A stretch of 63,929 nucleotides of DNA, the filler included, from Chlamydiia bacterium (GTDB taxonomy: Bacteria > Chlamydiota > Chlamydiia > Chlamydiales > FEN-1388), in the NCBI GenBank assembly GCA_903848235.1. It is 13 parts of 13 records of this genome, joined end to end, with 100 filler letters (N's around TTAATTAATTAA, not from the genome) between each part and the next. Parts side by side here need not be neighbours in the genome. Positions count along the whole stretch, not along the records: positions 50,449 to 60,323 come from CAINFV010000252.1; positions 60,424 to 62,278 come from CAINFV010000255.1; 11 more parts are not named here. One strand, 5' to 3'. Both the position numbers and the translations under genes were made by a program. The notes beneath the pieces are model-generated. The model made no database searches. It worked only from the letters and a program-made list of their open reading frames with translations, and was not told the origin of the DNA. Of this stretch, positions 50,449 through 61,767 are shown piece after piece. Each line of letters starts with the position of its first letter. The first letter of the stretch is position 1.

Positions 50449-52565
50449 AATTTTAAATCTTCAATAGTGATGCCCTCAGGAAAGCCAGGTGCACGCACTT
50501 TGAATTCTTCCAAAAATTTAGTTACGAATGGTGATAAATTAGCAACCATAGAATCATTATTGGCTTCTTGCGCGTCAAAAAATTGTTTAATTCCGATAAA
50601 TCGAACAAGAATTAATTGAAGTTGAGACCCTTCTCTAGGGGTAAGCCCCTTTGCCTGACTAATCCATCCTTCTACTTCCGCTCGAATTTGTTTTGCGGTC
50701 GACCCTGCTTTAAAAACCGTAGTTCCGATAAGTGATATCACACGCTTTTCCTGCTCAGTAACAACTTGAGCAGCACTTGCGGCACCTGCTTCTTCTTCCC
50801 TTTGGCCACGTGCCAGGGGACGGGGTGGGGGGCTCTCGGACAGCATTCCGAGGCCGGTAGCGACTCTTCCTTCAGCTACTAGGGGGGCCGGCGGGGTGGG
50901 TTCGGCGTGTTGGGCTTGTCTTAAATAACCTATAGTCATCAGTGGGGAAATAAAACCATGGCCGCTTAAATCTGCTAAAGCAGCCGTGGCTTGTGGATTT
51001 AAAGCCTCCGCGGCGACTGTGTCTTTCGTTGTCACTGCAGTTAAATAACGTTGAAATGTTTCACATCGAGTTAATACGCCCTCAAGAGGTGTGTCGGGAG
51101 CAGGGTTAAATTGCTTCGCGTAAGCGATCCATTTATTTAAATTACTTAGAATAGTTGGCGCATGAGTGCTATTAAAAACTTGCGTTGATAATTCGGTTAG
51201 CAATTCTACTGGTGACCTACCAATTCTTGCAGCGACTTCTGCAGTAGTGCCAGGGATGGGGGGTGGGGGTATATAACTGCCGGATAAATGGTCTAACGTA
51301 AGTGTCATGGGAAACCCAATGACTTCTGCTTTTAATCTAATTAATGCGGCTTCAGCATCGCTTTTTGTAGCGGCCGAAGAATTCTGCAACCACTCAACAA
51401 TTTTAGATACATGGGAAATAACTCCTGCAAAAGGGGTTCCCCACCCTTTTCCGATTTTCATCGCTTCTGCATTCCATGCGGTTAACTTTTCTAGAAGTTG
51501 AGGGGGATTATTAGGATTCGTTAAAAAAATAGAAGTTAAATCGGTACACAATTTCGTTTCAGCTGGAGCTAGACTGGGTACAAAAGGTGCTATAGGTCTG
51601 GCTCCTGGAGGTGGAATCGAGGACCGCATTCCCGGGGCGCGGGGCAGAGCCGACCCTGGTACACCTCCAGTTCCTGCTGCGCTCTTGATTTGAGCCACTC
51701 CAATTCGCACAAGTCCCCGGAATGTTTCTGACAAGCTTGCCATCTGGGCCGGAACGATTGGATCCCAGGCTTTTTGGGGTGGTCCAGGTGGAGAAGGTAC
51801 AATTCCGCTGGCTACACCAGTTATACGTGCATGTTCTACAACGTGCATTGGTTCCGAGTGGGCAGATATTTTTCCGAGATATGTATTCGCAGCTTCACTC
51901 GCTGCCTCCCTCGCAGTATTTACATCAGTCTGGGGAAGATCTTTTGCGCTGGCAAGCTGTAGTTTCTTAATTAAATCTCTCTGAGCAGAAGTGTATTTAC
52001 CCGCATTTGCTGGATTAGCGGCATCGGCTTGTAAGGCGGGTATCAACTGCTGCGCCTCAGCGACAGTAGCGCCAGAGATAACAACTCTATCATGTAAAAA
52101 AACAATGTCTCTGCCACAAAACTTTACCTTGTTTTCTGTAAAGATGGGCTCAAAACCCCCGGTCCTAAGACCGTCATTCACATTCCTCTGGAATTCGGCC
52201 AGAGCGTAATCCTCTAGTGCTTTCTCATCTGCTGTATGTGGGGTGGCACCAGGATTTGTTGCCACATCTCTAGCAACCTGAGCATTTATAGGTTTGATCT
52301 TGTCGAGTAATTCCGATGATCCTAGTGTTGGATCAAATATCGGTGGTAGCGGGGGTCGCGTCGCAAGTGGTGCAGGGGGCCCTGGAGGTGATGATCCTTC
52401 TGCTGCTGCTGCTATGGGAGGTGGGGCAGCACTGAGGGTTTTACCGGCGGCAGCCAACGCACCTGGACGCATGGCAGCTCCTCTTACTGGTATTATCCCA
52501 CTCCCTGGTCCACCAGGCATCAGTGGACTCAAAGGGTGTACTTCTAGTGGTGGTACTGTTGCCAT
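50449..52565 (-). CDS. Pro-rich protein with at least three repeats of a roughly 95-aa helical domain, 3' partial
   Basis: Long ORF with GAAGGA SD; repeat units separated by PPPP/PxxP linkers. Confidence 0.75.
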
Positions 52566-52688
52566 CTCTTTCCTTCTTAATCGACCTCAACCATCGAACA
52601 TCATGCTTCGTTATCTATGAAAACATCGCATGTTCTTTGCAACTATTTTCAACAATTTAGTACAAGGAGGAGAAAATAGATTGACGAC

Positions 52689-53651
52689 ATGAGGGGGGTA
52701 GTGATGGGACAGACGCTGATTGTGCATAGTCCGTTGAGCTTGGCGCATGAGACAGGGCCTCGATATATCGAGGCGAAGAGCCGCTATGCGGCGATCATCA
52801 ATGCGCTGCGGCAGGCAGGGCTGTTGACAAAGGATACAGAATGGGTCTCCTCTCCTGGCGCCGAGAAGTGGCTGTTTCTCTGTCATGACAGAGAGTATGT
52901 CCGCTTGGTGAAGGAGTCGTGTGAAGCCCTACGAGACGGAGAGGTGGCCGACCTTCGGACAGGAGATGTCAAGATCAGCCATGAGTCATATGCTGCAGCC
53001 CTTGCCATGGTAGGAGGTGCTATCCATGCGATAGACGCCATCATGGAAGGACAATTCCGAAATGCCTTCCTCGTAGCACGCCCTCCAGGACATCATGCAG
53101 AGCGAGCACGAGGGATGGGGTTTTGCCTCTTTAACACCGTTGCCATTGCAGCACGCTATCTACAGCGGGAATACGGCCTGAAGAGAATTGCCATCATCGA
53201 CTGGGATGTGCATCACGGAAATGGCACCGAGAAGGAGTTTGCCGACGACAAGGGGGTTTATTATTTTAGCACCCATCAAGAAGGGGGCTATCCAGGGACC
53301 GGCGATGAGGGGTTTCATGGGAAAAGCAAAAACATCTGCAACCATCTCATCGCACCAGGCCCTGAGGCACGAGGAGCTCTGATGACATACTATCGTGAGG
53401 AGCTGCCAGCTGCTATGGATGTGTTCCGCCCTCAGTTCGTGCTGATTTCGTGTGGCTTTGACGCCCACAGACTCGACCCAATAGCGTCACTGACTCTTGA
53501 GACAGAAGACTATGGAGTGTTGACGAAGTGCGTGCGCAGCATCGCTGAGAAGTGGTGTGACGGACGGCTTCTCTCTGTTCTTGAAGGCGGGTATGACCTC
53601 GATGTGATAGCACAGGCTTCTGTCCTTCATGTGCGAGAGCTCTCGCTCTGA
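52689..53651 (+). CDS. Histone deacetylase family Zn-amidohydrolase
   Basis: RPPGHHA, GFCLFN, DWDVHHGNGT, SCGFDAH..DP, VLEGGY. Confidence 0.93.
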   Translation: MRGVVMGQTLIVHSPLSLAHETGPRYIEAKSRYAAIINALRQAGLLTKDTEWVSSPGAEKWLFLCHDREYVRLVKESCEALRDGEVADLRTGDVKISHESYAAALAMVGGAIHAIDAIMEGQFRNAFLVARPPGHHAERARGMGFCLFNTVAIAARYLQREYGLKRIAIIDWDVHHGNGTEKEFADDKGVYYFSTHQEGGYPGTGDEGFHGKSKNICNHLIAPGPEARGALMTYYREELPAAMDVFRPQFVLISCGFDAHRLDPIASLTLETEDYGVLTKCVRSIAEKWCDGRLLSVLEGGYDLDVIAQASVLHVRELSL

Positions 53652-53773
53652 CATCACCCCCACTGTAGCTTTTTTGTGCCACGGTACAGTGACTGAGCAC
53701 CGTTTATCTTTTCGGCATGGATCTTTACCTTCAATTTACAATCTTTCTATAACGTTCTGCCAAAAAAAACAAT

Positions 53774-55489
53774 GTGGGTGAATTTATGAGCGTTACATCT
53801 GCGTGGCTAGAAGGTAGTGCCAGAGCGACGGCGAGCTATAAAGGATTGTCAGTTGATGGTGTAGAAGGGGCTTTTTCTGGTGTTGTCGAACAGCTTGGGA
53901 GGATCCACCACGAGGCGGAAGCTCTTGATGCTCAGACGAAGGAGGCCCATCCACATCTCGTTGACATCAACGATGGTGTCAAGAGGGTCAGCGAGGAGCT
54001 GAAGAGGCTGTCTTCAGAGATAGACGGTATCGGGGGGACTATCGATGAAAAGGTGTCCGTTATAGAACAGATAAAAGCTCTCGAGAGTTCAGTGAAGGGT
54101 ATTGGCCTAAAGCTCGTGTCAGAGCCGTTCAGAGAGCTTTTTAAGAAACAAGAAAAATGGGTTGCCGCTGGCTTCGACAGACGGCTGGTGAGCAGTGACC
54201 CAGAGGCTGTTGACTTCGCAGTGTCAACGCGGCTGATCTATACCATTGGAATGTTTAAAAAGTCCGCCGATATTCTCGATGGCGATGCTATGGACATCCG
54301 CAATGAAGGTGGGGTGGCATTGTTTAAGGTAGAAGGGGAGTGGCTTCCCTACACTGCCTTCAAAGATAGAATTCAGTATTCTGAAAAGGAATGGCGTTTT
54401 GTCGGCTGGAACTACGTCCATCCACAGGGGTTTATCCCAAGAGACTGGGCTGAATACGGAGAGATCTATCCTATCGCACAGCTGACGCCCGCTGCATACC
54501 AAAAGGTCAAAGCGCATGCAGAACAGTTTTGGACTGGTGAGCAGCCACAGATCGATGCTGGAGTCCCTAAGGGGTATATCCTCCAGGTGATGACTACAGG
54601 TAGAGATTACCTGCCTAACGCCTGGTGGGCGAAAAATTTCAAGGAGCATTTTCCAGAGCATGGCTCTGCACGTCTTATCACTCCTGAAGGGCTTGTCTAT
54701 TCGTTTGGCACGAAGATGCGCCTTCCAGATCAGGAATTCCTCAGCCATATATCATCGTACCTGGGGACGGGGATCTCGAATGTGCCAACACCAGACTATG
54801 AGGAGTCGAGGCCATCCGATGACAGGCTGATGACGTCGATTCCTATTACACAAAAACGGTTCGATCATATCATCGACTTCGTCAACCGTGCCAATAAAGG
54901 CATTAGTTTTAACTTCTCACGGCAAAACTGTGTGCGGTTTGTCTCCGTTATCTTGCAGTGTGCTGGCATGGACGTCAACATTCGCACGTCGCTCCATGAG
55001 CTGTTAGCAGGCATTGTGCCGCGCATATCCGATATTCCTGTTGTCGGCAAGCCGCTGTCAGCACTGGTAACAAATGTTGCCTGTGCCGTCTCAACGGTAT
55101 TTGACACTCTAGGGTCGGTGTTCGGAGCTATCACTCCATATCCGTTGAAGAAGATTGGTGAGTGTGCGGTGTGGGCTGTCACCGGTGTCTTACAGAGGGT
55201 AGAAGCCCTCTTCTGGAATACCATTGGCCTCTGCGTGCTCGGCGCGTGGAAGAGCATTGTCCCCGAGAGCAGGGCGCTGGATGGTGATCTGCCTGAGGTA
55301 GAGACTTTTCGGCAGCTTATCTCCTGGTCTGACCTGCTCACCCCTGATGCTATTCATATTTACTATGAGACGAAGCTCAAAGCGTGGATGCGGAAGCAGA
55401 AGACAACGCTCCATTTTATAAAACCAGAGCATGGCTTTTGCTGTTTAGACCCCGACAAGGCCACTTTCCGCTCTCCATTGCTGGCATGA
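53774..55489 (+). CDS. Hypothetical protein, paralog 1 of a permuted papain-like (His...Asn-Cys) pair
   Basis: PEHGSARLITPEGLVYSFG...FNFSRQNCVRFV; colinear with the next ORF. Confidence 0.7.
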   Translation: MGEFMSVTSAWLEGSARATASYKGLSVDGVEGAFSGVVEQLGRIHHEAEALDAQTKEAHPHLVDINDGVKRVSEELKRLSSEIDGIGGTIDEKVSVIEQIKALESSVKGIGLKLVSEPFRELFKKQEKWVAAGFDRRLVSSDPEAVDFAVSTRLIYTIGMFKKSADILDGDAMDIRNEGGVALFKVEGEWLPYTAFKDRIQYSEKEWRFVGWNYVHPQGFIPRDWAEYGEIYPIAQLTPAAYQKVKAHAEQFWTGEQPQIDAGVPKGYILQVMTTGRDYLPNAWWAKNFKEHFPEHGSARLITPEGLVYSFGTKMRLPDQEFLSHISSYLGTGISNVPTPDYEESRPSDDRLMTSIPITQKRFDHIIDFVNRANKGISFNFSRQNCVRFVSVILQCAGMDVNIRTSLHELLAGIVPRISDIPVVGKPLSALVTNVACAVSTVFDTLGSVFGAITPYPLKKIGECAVWAVTGVLQRVEALFWNTIGLCVLGAWKSIVPESRALDGDLPEVETFRQLISWSDLLTPDAIHIYYETKLKAWMRKQKTTLHFIKPEHGFCCLDPDKATFRSPLLA

Positions 55490-55540
55490 AAAAGACGTAG
55501 TAAAAATTAGTTGCAACATAGGTAAAAAAAAGGACACGTT

Positions 55541-57241
55541 ATGTCGACTGCCGCTGTTCATTCTAGTGCTGATTCGCGCATGCCTGTACTGGCACCAAGC
55601 GATGTCTCTTTTGATAGCTTTTTGCAGCAAGCCAGGGATGTGTATCGACAATTGGAGGGAGCGCTCTACGAGCTCGACCAACAACACCCTAGTCTTGTGG
55701 CAGTTGCGCGTACGCTGGCAGAGTGTGTTGCTAAGGCAGCTGCTATAGATGAGATGGGACGATCGCTGAATGCACATAGAGACGGCGCTGGAAGGGATCG
55801 TGTGCAAGCGACGCTCAGCCATGCCATTGAGACTGTGTCATCACGCTTGCAAAGCGATGCGCTAAAACCGCTGCTGCGAGAGCAGACGAAATGGGTCGAG
55901 GCAGGGTTTCCAGAAGAGATAGTGGTGACAGATCCAGATGCTGTGCATTTTGTCGTCTCTACCGATCTTCTCTATACCGTTCTGATGTTCAAAAAGGCTT
56001 CTGGCGTGCTTGATGGCGAGGAGTTGACGATTCGTTTTGCCGAGGGCAAGGCGTTCTTGAAAGTTGAAGGGCGGTATCTGCCGTATGAGGCATTCAAAGA
56101 AAGAATAGTCTATTCAGAAGCAGAGAAGAAGTTCCCCGGCTGGAACTACATTCATCCTGATGGTTTTATCCCGAAAGACAACACCGATTTCGATGAGATG
56201 TATCCTATAGCACGGCTGAAGCCAGAGGCGTATGAGCAAATAGCTCGTACAGCGGCACAGTTTTGGGGTGAAGATCAAGAAGAGGTAGACCCTGGCCATG
56301 AGAAGCGGTGTATCTTCCAGGTGATGACGACAGGCCGTAGCTGTATTCCAAGGACGTGGTGGGGAATCAATTTTGATGATATGACACCTGAGCATACCTC
56401 ATCGCGGCTCATCACCCCCGATGGGTATGTCTATTCATTTGGCACGAAGATGCGGGCTGCTGACGGGGAAAAGGTAACCAAGCTCACAAATCTCCTCACT
56501 ACCGCCCTTTCTTTTACCAGTGCTCTAGACTACGAAGAGCCGAAGCCCTCAGAAGAAAAGCGTGTGACGTCGATTCCGATTACCAAAGAGCGGTTTGACG
56601 CTATTGCTAGATATGTCAATACTCACAACAAGGGGTTTGCCTTTAATTTCGCATCGCAAAACTGCGCTCGCTTTGTAAATGTGCAGATGGCACTGGCAGG
56701 AGTCCCTGTTGATATCAAGATGTCAATTCCTGAGTTCATCTCGAACTTTTTCCCGACCCTTGCCAATGTCCCGCTAGTAGGGCGCCCACTGTCTTCGGTG
56801 ATTGCCACCATCTCTTTTGTAGTAACGCCTATCATTGACATCATCTCTGCTATTCTCCGCTGCATCACACCGTATCCTGTGAAACGGGTGTGGGAAGTAT
56901 TGACATGGGCGGCGCACGAGCTGCTCCGCAGGATAGCGGCTGTTCTCTATAACGGATTTTTTTTCCTGGTGCTGGGTGCTGGGAGGACATGTCTTCCTCC
57001 GGGGCGTATCCCAGAGCATCCAGTAGATCCCGATGACCAGTTGACGATGCCAACGTCAAATCACCTGTTGCATTGGTGGGATATTGCAAATCCCGATGCC
57101 ATCACTGGCTACCATGCCTACAAGGTGAGAATGTGGCAGATGAAGCAACGGAGTAGCGTGTTCTATACAAATCCTGAAAATGGATTTTCATGTATCGACC
57201 CTACGAAGGGATGGTGTCCTGCTGCACCGTGTGCAGTGTAA
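55541..57241 (+). CDS. Hypothetical protein, paralog 2 of the pair
   Basis: PEHTSSRLITPDGYVYSFG...FNFASQNCARFV. Confidence 0.7.
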   Translation: MSTAAVHSSADSRMPVLAPSDVSFDSFLQQARDVYRQLEGALYELDQQHPSLVAVARTLAECVAKAAAIDEMGRSLNAHRDGAGRDRVQATLSHAIETVSSRLQSDALKPLLREQTKWVEAGFPEEIVVTDPDAVHFVVSTDLLYTVLMFKKASGVLDGEELTIRFAEGKAFLKVEGRYLPYEAFKERIVYSEAEKKFPGWNYIHPDGFIPKDNTDFDEMYPIARLKPEAYEQIARTAAQFWGEDQEEVDPGHEKRCIFQVMTTGRSCIPRTWWGINFDDMTPEHTSSRLITPDGYVYSFGTKMRAADGEKVTKLTNLLTTALSFTSALDYEEPKPSEEKRVTSIPITKERFDAIARYVNTHNKGFAFNFASQNCARFVNVQMALAGVPVDIKMSIPEFISNFFPTLANVPLVGRPLSSVIATISFVVTPIIDIISAILRCITPYPVKRVWEVLTWAAHELLRRIAAVLYNGFFFLVLGAGRTCLPPGRIPEHPVDPDDQLTMPTSNHLLHWWDIANPDAITGYHAYKVRMWQMKQRSSVFYTNPENGFSCIDPTKGWCPAAPCAV

Positions 57242-57247
57242 CCATCC

Positions 57248-57964
57248 TTACTTTTTAGTCCGCTCCATAGCTATCTTGCGAAGGTCTGGGGGCATTTTTT
57301 CGAGAGCATACCGAAACGCGGTGCGAGGCATGCTCTCCTTTTTTTGCATGATATATAAAAATACTTTATCAGGATGCTTTCGACTTGCTTCTTTTAGCAT
57401 CCACCCATAACCCTTCTGAACCAAATCGTTTTGATCTAAGAGGAGTATGTCGGAGATTTGAAAGATTTCCTTCAAAAAGTGGCCCTGTCTCGCAGGAATT
57501 ATTAATGAGACGGCGGAGGCTCTACGTACGAAGGGATTTGGTGAAGAAGTCCATTGTTTCAATGACTGCACCAGCGATGGATGGTTCATGATGAAAGATC
57601 CCATGGCGTGATTACAGAGGGTATCGCATTTTGCCCAATCATCGATGTACCGGTCAATCCACTCCTCAAACCTTTCAAGATCTTCGGGAATAAAAGTGTG
57701 CGAAATCCAATAGAGCCAATGGGCGGCAATCCATGCTTCTTCGCATAATCCTGACTGAAACAGCTGTTCGCAAAGAACAAAGACAACTTCTTTTTTTGAA
57801 GAATCAAAATTTTTGAAACTTTCCTTGGCAATTTTTCTGACTATCCCAGATTTGACTCCGTAGAATTTGACTTCATTTCTAAAAAAACGAGGGAAGCTTT
57901 TTTGTGCACCCTCGTCAATGTTTGTCAAAAGATCTTGTTTGATTTTCCGCAAGATGTGATCCAT
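57248..57964 (-). CDS. DNA alkylation repair protein (AlkD-like HEAT repeat)
   Basis: WIDRYIDDWAKCDTLC, RRASAVSLI, DLVQKGYGWMLKE, MPRTAFRYALEK. Confidence 0.88.
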   Translation of the reverse strand: MDHILRKIKQDLLTNIDEGAQKSFPRFFRNEVKFYGVKSGIVRKIAKESFKNFDSSKKEVVFVLCEQLFQSGLCEEAWIAAHWLYWISHTFIPEDLERFEEWIDRYIDDWAKCDTLCNHAMGSFIMNHPSLVQSLKQWTSSPNPFVRRASAVSLIIPARQGHFLKEIFQISDILLLDQNDLVQKGYGWMLKEASRKHPDKVFLYIMQKKESMPRTAFRYALEKMPPDLRKIAMERTKK

Positions 57965-58472
57965 GGATTTGCCCTTGAGTTTATCCCGACGCCGTAAAGC
58001 TCGCACATGCATGGGCGGGAAGTAAGGCGTCCGTTTCAGTTGAGAGAAGACTGCTTCTCAATATACTCGCACCTTGTTTAGGCATACCGAATTTTCTGAT
58101 GATGGTCAGGGGAGTCAATCTTTTACCAGTGTTTTCCAGAGTAAAAATTCAGGGGCTCAATAGAAATCTCGACCCACTCGTTGAAAAAAAGACAACAGGA
58201 CATGGCGGCCGTCGTCGTGGCGCTGAACTGCCAAGAGGAACTACAACGGGACCTAGAGAAAGAATCTACCTGCCGCTGCCTATGGCCGAATGGATGAAGA
58301 ATAGTGAAAATCAGTCCAGAGTAGAAAAGCTTATGCAAAAGCGTTGCTAGAAGGCAGAAGCGCGGTCGAGATTAGGTTTGTTTTTACCACTGTTTTAAAT
58401 TCTTTCTTCTCTTGCTGGCCTAAAAAAAAGTGGGTATACTCTCAATTTTCAATGTTCTTTGATGGTGATCCT

Positions 58473-59957
58473 ATGGAAAGAAGGTCTGAGGATCAGCTGA
58501 CTCCTGAGGTGTTGTCCGAAGATGAGGAGCCTATTATTGGCTCTCTTCTTGATAGGCGGACAAGTCAAATGGACGACGCTCTGCTAGAAAAGTTTGAAAG
58601 AGCTATTCATAAGCAGACAGGGTCATACCAACACCATAATCTCGTGAAAATCGCTGTCGAGCATGATCCCATTGATCTTGCAATAGCATCAACACGCCTT
58701 CCCTTAAGCGCTCGCCTTGTTGTCTACCGCAACCTCCCTGAGACAGAAGCAAAGGCATCTTTCGTCATCCATACCACATCCCCCACACGGATTGCGATCT
58801 TCCGTGGTATTCAAGATGAAGAGATAAAGCAGCTCATTGAGAACATGCCTCCTGACGAGGCGGTTCCCATCCTCGATGACCTCCCACTGCGACGGCTGAA
58901 ACGGGTTTTTGAGCTGCTCGATGAGAAGAAGGCTCGCCGTATCGCGGCGCTGCAGCAGCACCGACGGCATACGGCAGGTCGTCTGATGACCAACGAGTTC
59001 TTCGCTTTTCATCTCGATACCACGGTAGGGAAAGTCGTAGAACATATCAGAGAGCATCCTGGCGTTGAGCTGACGGGATGGGTGTTTGTCCTTGGCGATG
59101 ATATGGAGCTTCTTGGCTATGTGCCAGATCGCAACCTCCTTGTCAATTCCGAAGAGGTGCCCCTTCGCAAACTCATGCGTCCTGTTGTCCATAGAGTCTC
59201 TCCAGAGACACCTCGCGATGAAGTAGTGGAGCTTTTTGAACGGTATCGCCTCTCGGCGCTTCCCGTCATCGACACTGAAGATCGGCTGATAGGTGTCATC
59301 ACCCAGGGCGACGTGGTTGAGATGATGGAGGAGATAGCTGATGAGACAATTGCGAATATCGGCGGTACGGCAGAACGGCTGACAGAAGATGAGCCTACAT
59401 GGCGACGGTTTCTCGCACGCGCTCCATGGCTGATTGTCACGCTGTTTGCAGGGATACTCACTGCAACAGGATTTTCGATCTTCCAAGGTCAGCCTTGGTT
59501 TTTGGCAGTTCCCTTTTTTGTACCTCTTATCACTGGGATGTCAGGAAATGTCGGCATCCAGTGCAGTACGGTGTTAATCCGTAGCATGGCAACAGGGGAG
59601 ATCTCCGCTGGTACCGTCGGTGCTGCCATCACCCGTGAGCTGAAAATCGGGGGGCTGATTGGCATCTGCTTTGGGATTATCTGCGGCCTTGCCGCATATG
59701 GGTTAAATTGTGCTGGCCTTCCACATACCTTCGTAGATCCTATTCTCGTAGGTACTATTGTCAGCTCCGGAGTGCTCGGCGCGTGCTTTACGGCATCTCT
59801 TCTCGGTACGCTATCCCCGATTTTTTTCGCTCGCTTTCATATAGACCCTGCCGTTGCCTCAGGGCCTATTGTCACGGCTTTTAACGATGTCTCTGCAACA
59901 TATATGTATTTTGTCGTGGCATGGTTTGTGGCAACCATTTTCCAAGCAGCAGGTTAA
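58473..59957 (+). CDS. mgtE: Magnesium transporter MgtE
   Basis: TAGRLMT, CBS pair, RAPWL, GMSGNVGIQ, DPAVASGP.VT..ND. Confidence 0.95.
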   Translation: MERRSEDQLTPEVLSEDEEPIIGSLLDRRTSQMDDALLEKFERAIHKQTGSYQHHNLVKIAVEHDPIDLAIASTRLPLSARLVVYRNLPETEAKASFVIHTTSPTRIAIFRGIQDEEIKQLIENMPPDEAVPILDDLPLRRLKRVFELLDEKKARRIAALQQHRRHTAGRLMTNEFFAFHLDTTVGKVVEHIREHPGVELTGWVFVLGDDMELLGYVPDRNLLVNSEEVPLRKLMRPVVHRVSPETPRDEVVELFERYRLSALPVIDTEDRLIGVITQGDVVEMMEEIADETIANIGGTAERLTEDEPTWRRFLARAPWLIVTLFAGILTATGFSIFQGQPWFLAVPFFVPLITGMSGNVGIQCSTVLIRSMATGEISAGTVGAAITRELKIGGLIGICFGIICGLAAYGLNCAGLPHTFVDPILVGTIVSSGVLGACFTASLLGTLSPIFFARFHIDPAVASGPIVTAFNDVSATYMYFVVAWFVATIFQAAG

Positions 59958-60030
59958 TAACCGTTCCTCAGGAAAACTCAATGAGGAACAATCCAGAAAT
60001 CATTCTCAACAGGCGATTCAAAAAAACTGT

Positions 60031-60081
60031 ATGCAACCGTTCATATACCCCTCCTTCGTTGGGGTATATGAACGGTTGCAT
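60031..60081. terminator. Perfect 21-bp hairpin after mgtE (terminator or palindrome remnant)
   Basis: ATGCAACCGTTCATATACCCC / GGGGTATATGAACGGTTGCAT followed by a T run. Confidence 0.65.
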
Positions 60082-60423
60082 TTTTTAAAAGACGTTGCCA
60101 ATTATTTTGAAGTTGCTAATTCAAAATTTCATAAAACCAGTTGAATAAAATCTTAAATCAGCATACATTTCATTGTTCTAGTTACAAAAAATATAAAACA
60201 GTATGCTTTATGATTACAAATAATACGCCCAACATCGCAGATCCTATATGTCAACAATTTTCAGACGGCGCTCCTCTTCCGAGGACCCCTGAGCTAGACG
60301 TTTTTGATCAAAAAATGATCGAGNNNNNNNNNNNNNNNNNNNNNNNNNNNNNNNNNNNNNNNNNNNNTTAATTAATTAANNNNNNNNNNNNNNNNNNNNN
60401 NNNNNNNNNNNNNNNNNNNNNNN

Positions 60424-60981
60424 AACAGGAGTGCCCCTGCACAGAAGTTCTATGAGCGTAGAGATCTCTTCAGACTCTGCGCTGAGAGCGCCGGGGAAGT
60501 GTATGGTCTGCGCCCTTGAGAGAATGGTTGGCAGAATCAGATGAGGCGATGACGAGGTGAGAATGATCACCGTAGATGGAGGCGGCTCTTCGAGAGCCTT
60601 TAAGAGAGCATTAGCAGTGGGAGGGAGCATGCGATCTGCGGCGTCAATGAGCACCGCGCGCCCTGTCGACCCATGGGGAGCAAGAGCGAGCTGCCCGAGC
60701 ATATGACGAATACTGGCAATGGAATGAAGCCCCACCTTCCCACTGGTCTTCAGCTCCAACAGATCAGGATGGCAAGATGCCTGTGGCGATGCTTTCAGCC
60801 AATCTAACAGAAAAGCGCGTGCAATAGCTGTCGCTACATCGGCAACGGGAGCGACAAACACCCACAGGTGAGCGACCTTACCGCTTGCGGCAAGAGTCTG
60901 TAGACGGCATTTGAGGACAGATGGAAGGTCAGCACCTTCCAGATGCGCCGCACCTGTTAGACAATCGGACGTATCTAGCAT
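60424..60981 (-). CDS. holB: DNA polymerase III delta' subunit, 3' partial
   Basis: HPDL, ADRMLPPTANALLKALEEPP, LPTILSR; follows tmk. Confidence 0.88.
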
Positions 60982-61640
60982 AAAACATCCTTAAAGCCAA
61001 GGCGATGCGCCAGAAAGTCTATAGCGGCCCTAGCAAGAGCCTCTTCTGTTCTTGATGCATCGAGAACAACAATACGGTCTGGACATCGACGTGCCATAGT
61101 CAGAAACCCCTCACGGACACGTTCGTGAAAATGAAGGCCTTCTGCCTCAAGCCGATCGCGAACCCCGTGCTGGCGCTGCTCAACACGAGATAAAGAGATC
61201 TTCGCAGATACATCAAGATAAAATGTCATGTCAGGAAGAAGTGGAACAATATCGAGAGCAAGATCCCAGACACGGTCTGCAGGATATCCCCTGGCATACG
61301 CCTGGTATGCCATCGTAGAGTCTATAAAACGATCGCAGAGAACGGTGGTGCCGGCATGAAGCGCCGGGGAGATGACTTTTTCAACGTGTTCTAGGCGGGC
61401 AGCGAGAATGATGAGAAGCTCCGTAAGTGGGAGCATGCCATTGCCCTTGTGGGCATGAAGGAGCAGCGCCCTGAGCTCTTCTGCTACTGGCGTGCCTCCC
61501 GGCTCACGGGTCATGATATGCGGAAAATCATGGGTGGCAAGCCATTCTGAGAGGCGACGAAGGAGAGATGACTTCCCTGAACCTTCCCCTCCCTCAACAG
61601 TAATGAACAGCCCGCCAAGCGACTGCCCTGCCTCTTTCAT
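60975..61640 (-). CDS. tmk: Thymidylate kinase
   Basis: FITVEGGEGSGKS, TREPGGT, CDRFIDSTMAYQ. Confidence 0.95.
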   Translation of the reverse strand: MKEAGQSLGGLFITVEGGEGSGKSSLLRRLSEWLATHDFPHIMTREPGGTPVAEELRALLLHAHKGNGMLPLTELLIILAARLEHVEKVISPALHAGTTVLCDRFIDSTMAYQAYARGYPADRVWDLALDIVPLLPDMTFYLDVSAKISLSRVEQRQHGVRDRLEAEGLHFHERVREGFLTMARRCPDRIVVLDASRTEEALARAAIDFLAHRLGFKDVLC

Positions 61641-61767
61641 GGTATTCTCCTGCAATGTGTATCTCGTTCATATAGATTCAACACGATTCGTTGGCGTCTT
61701 TACCTGATATCGTATTGCAATGAGCTCTCCATTCCAAATAGCACACAATGGACTGCTTGGCAATGGT

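Noticed and set aside
58099..58350. Small ORF with HGGRRRGA..PRG motif
   Set aside because: May be a remnant of a small DNA-binding or antitoxin gene, but start and family cannot be supported
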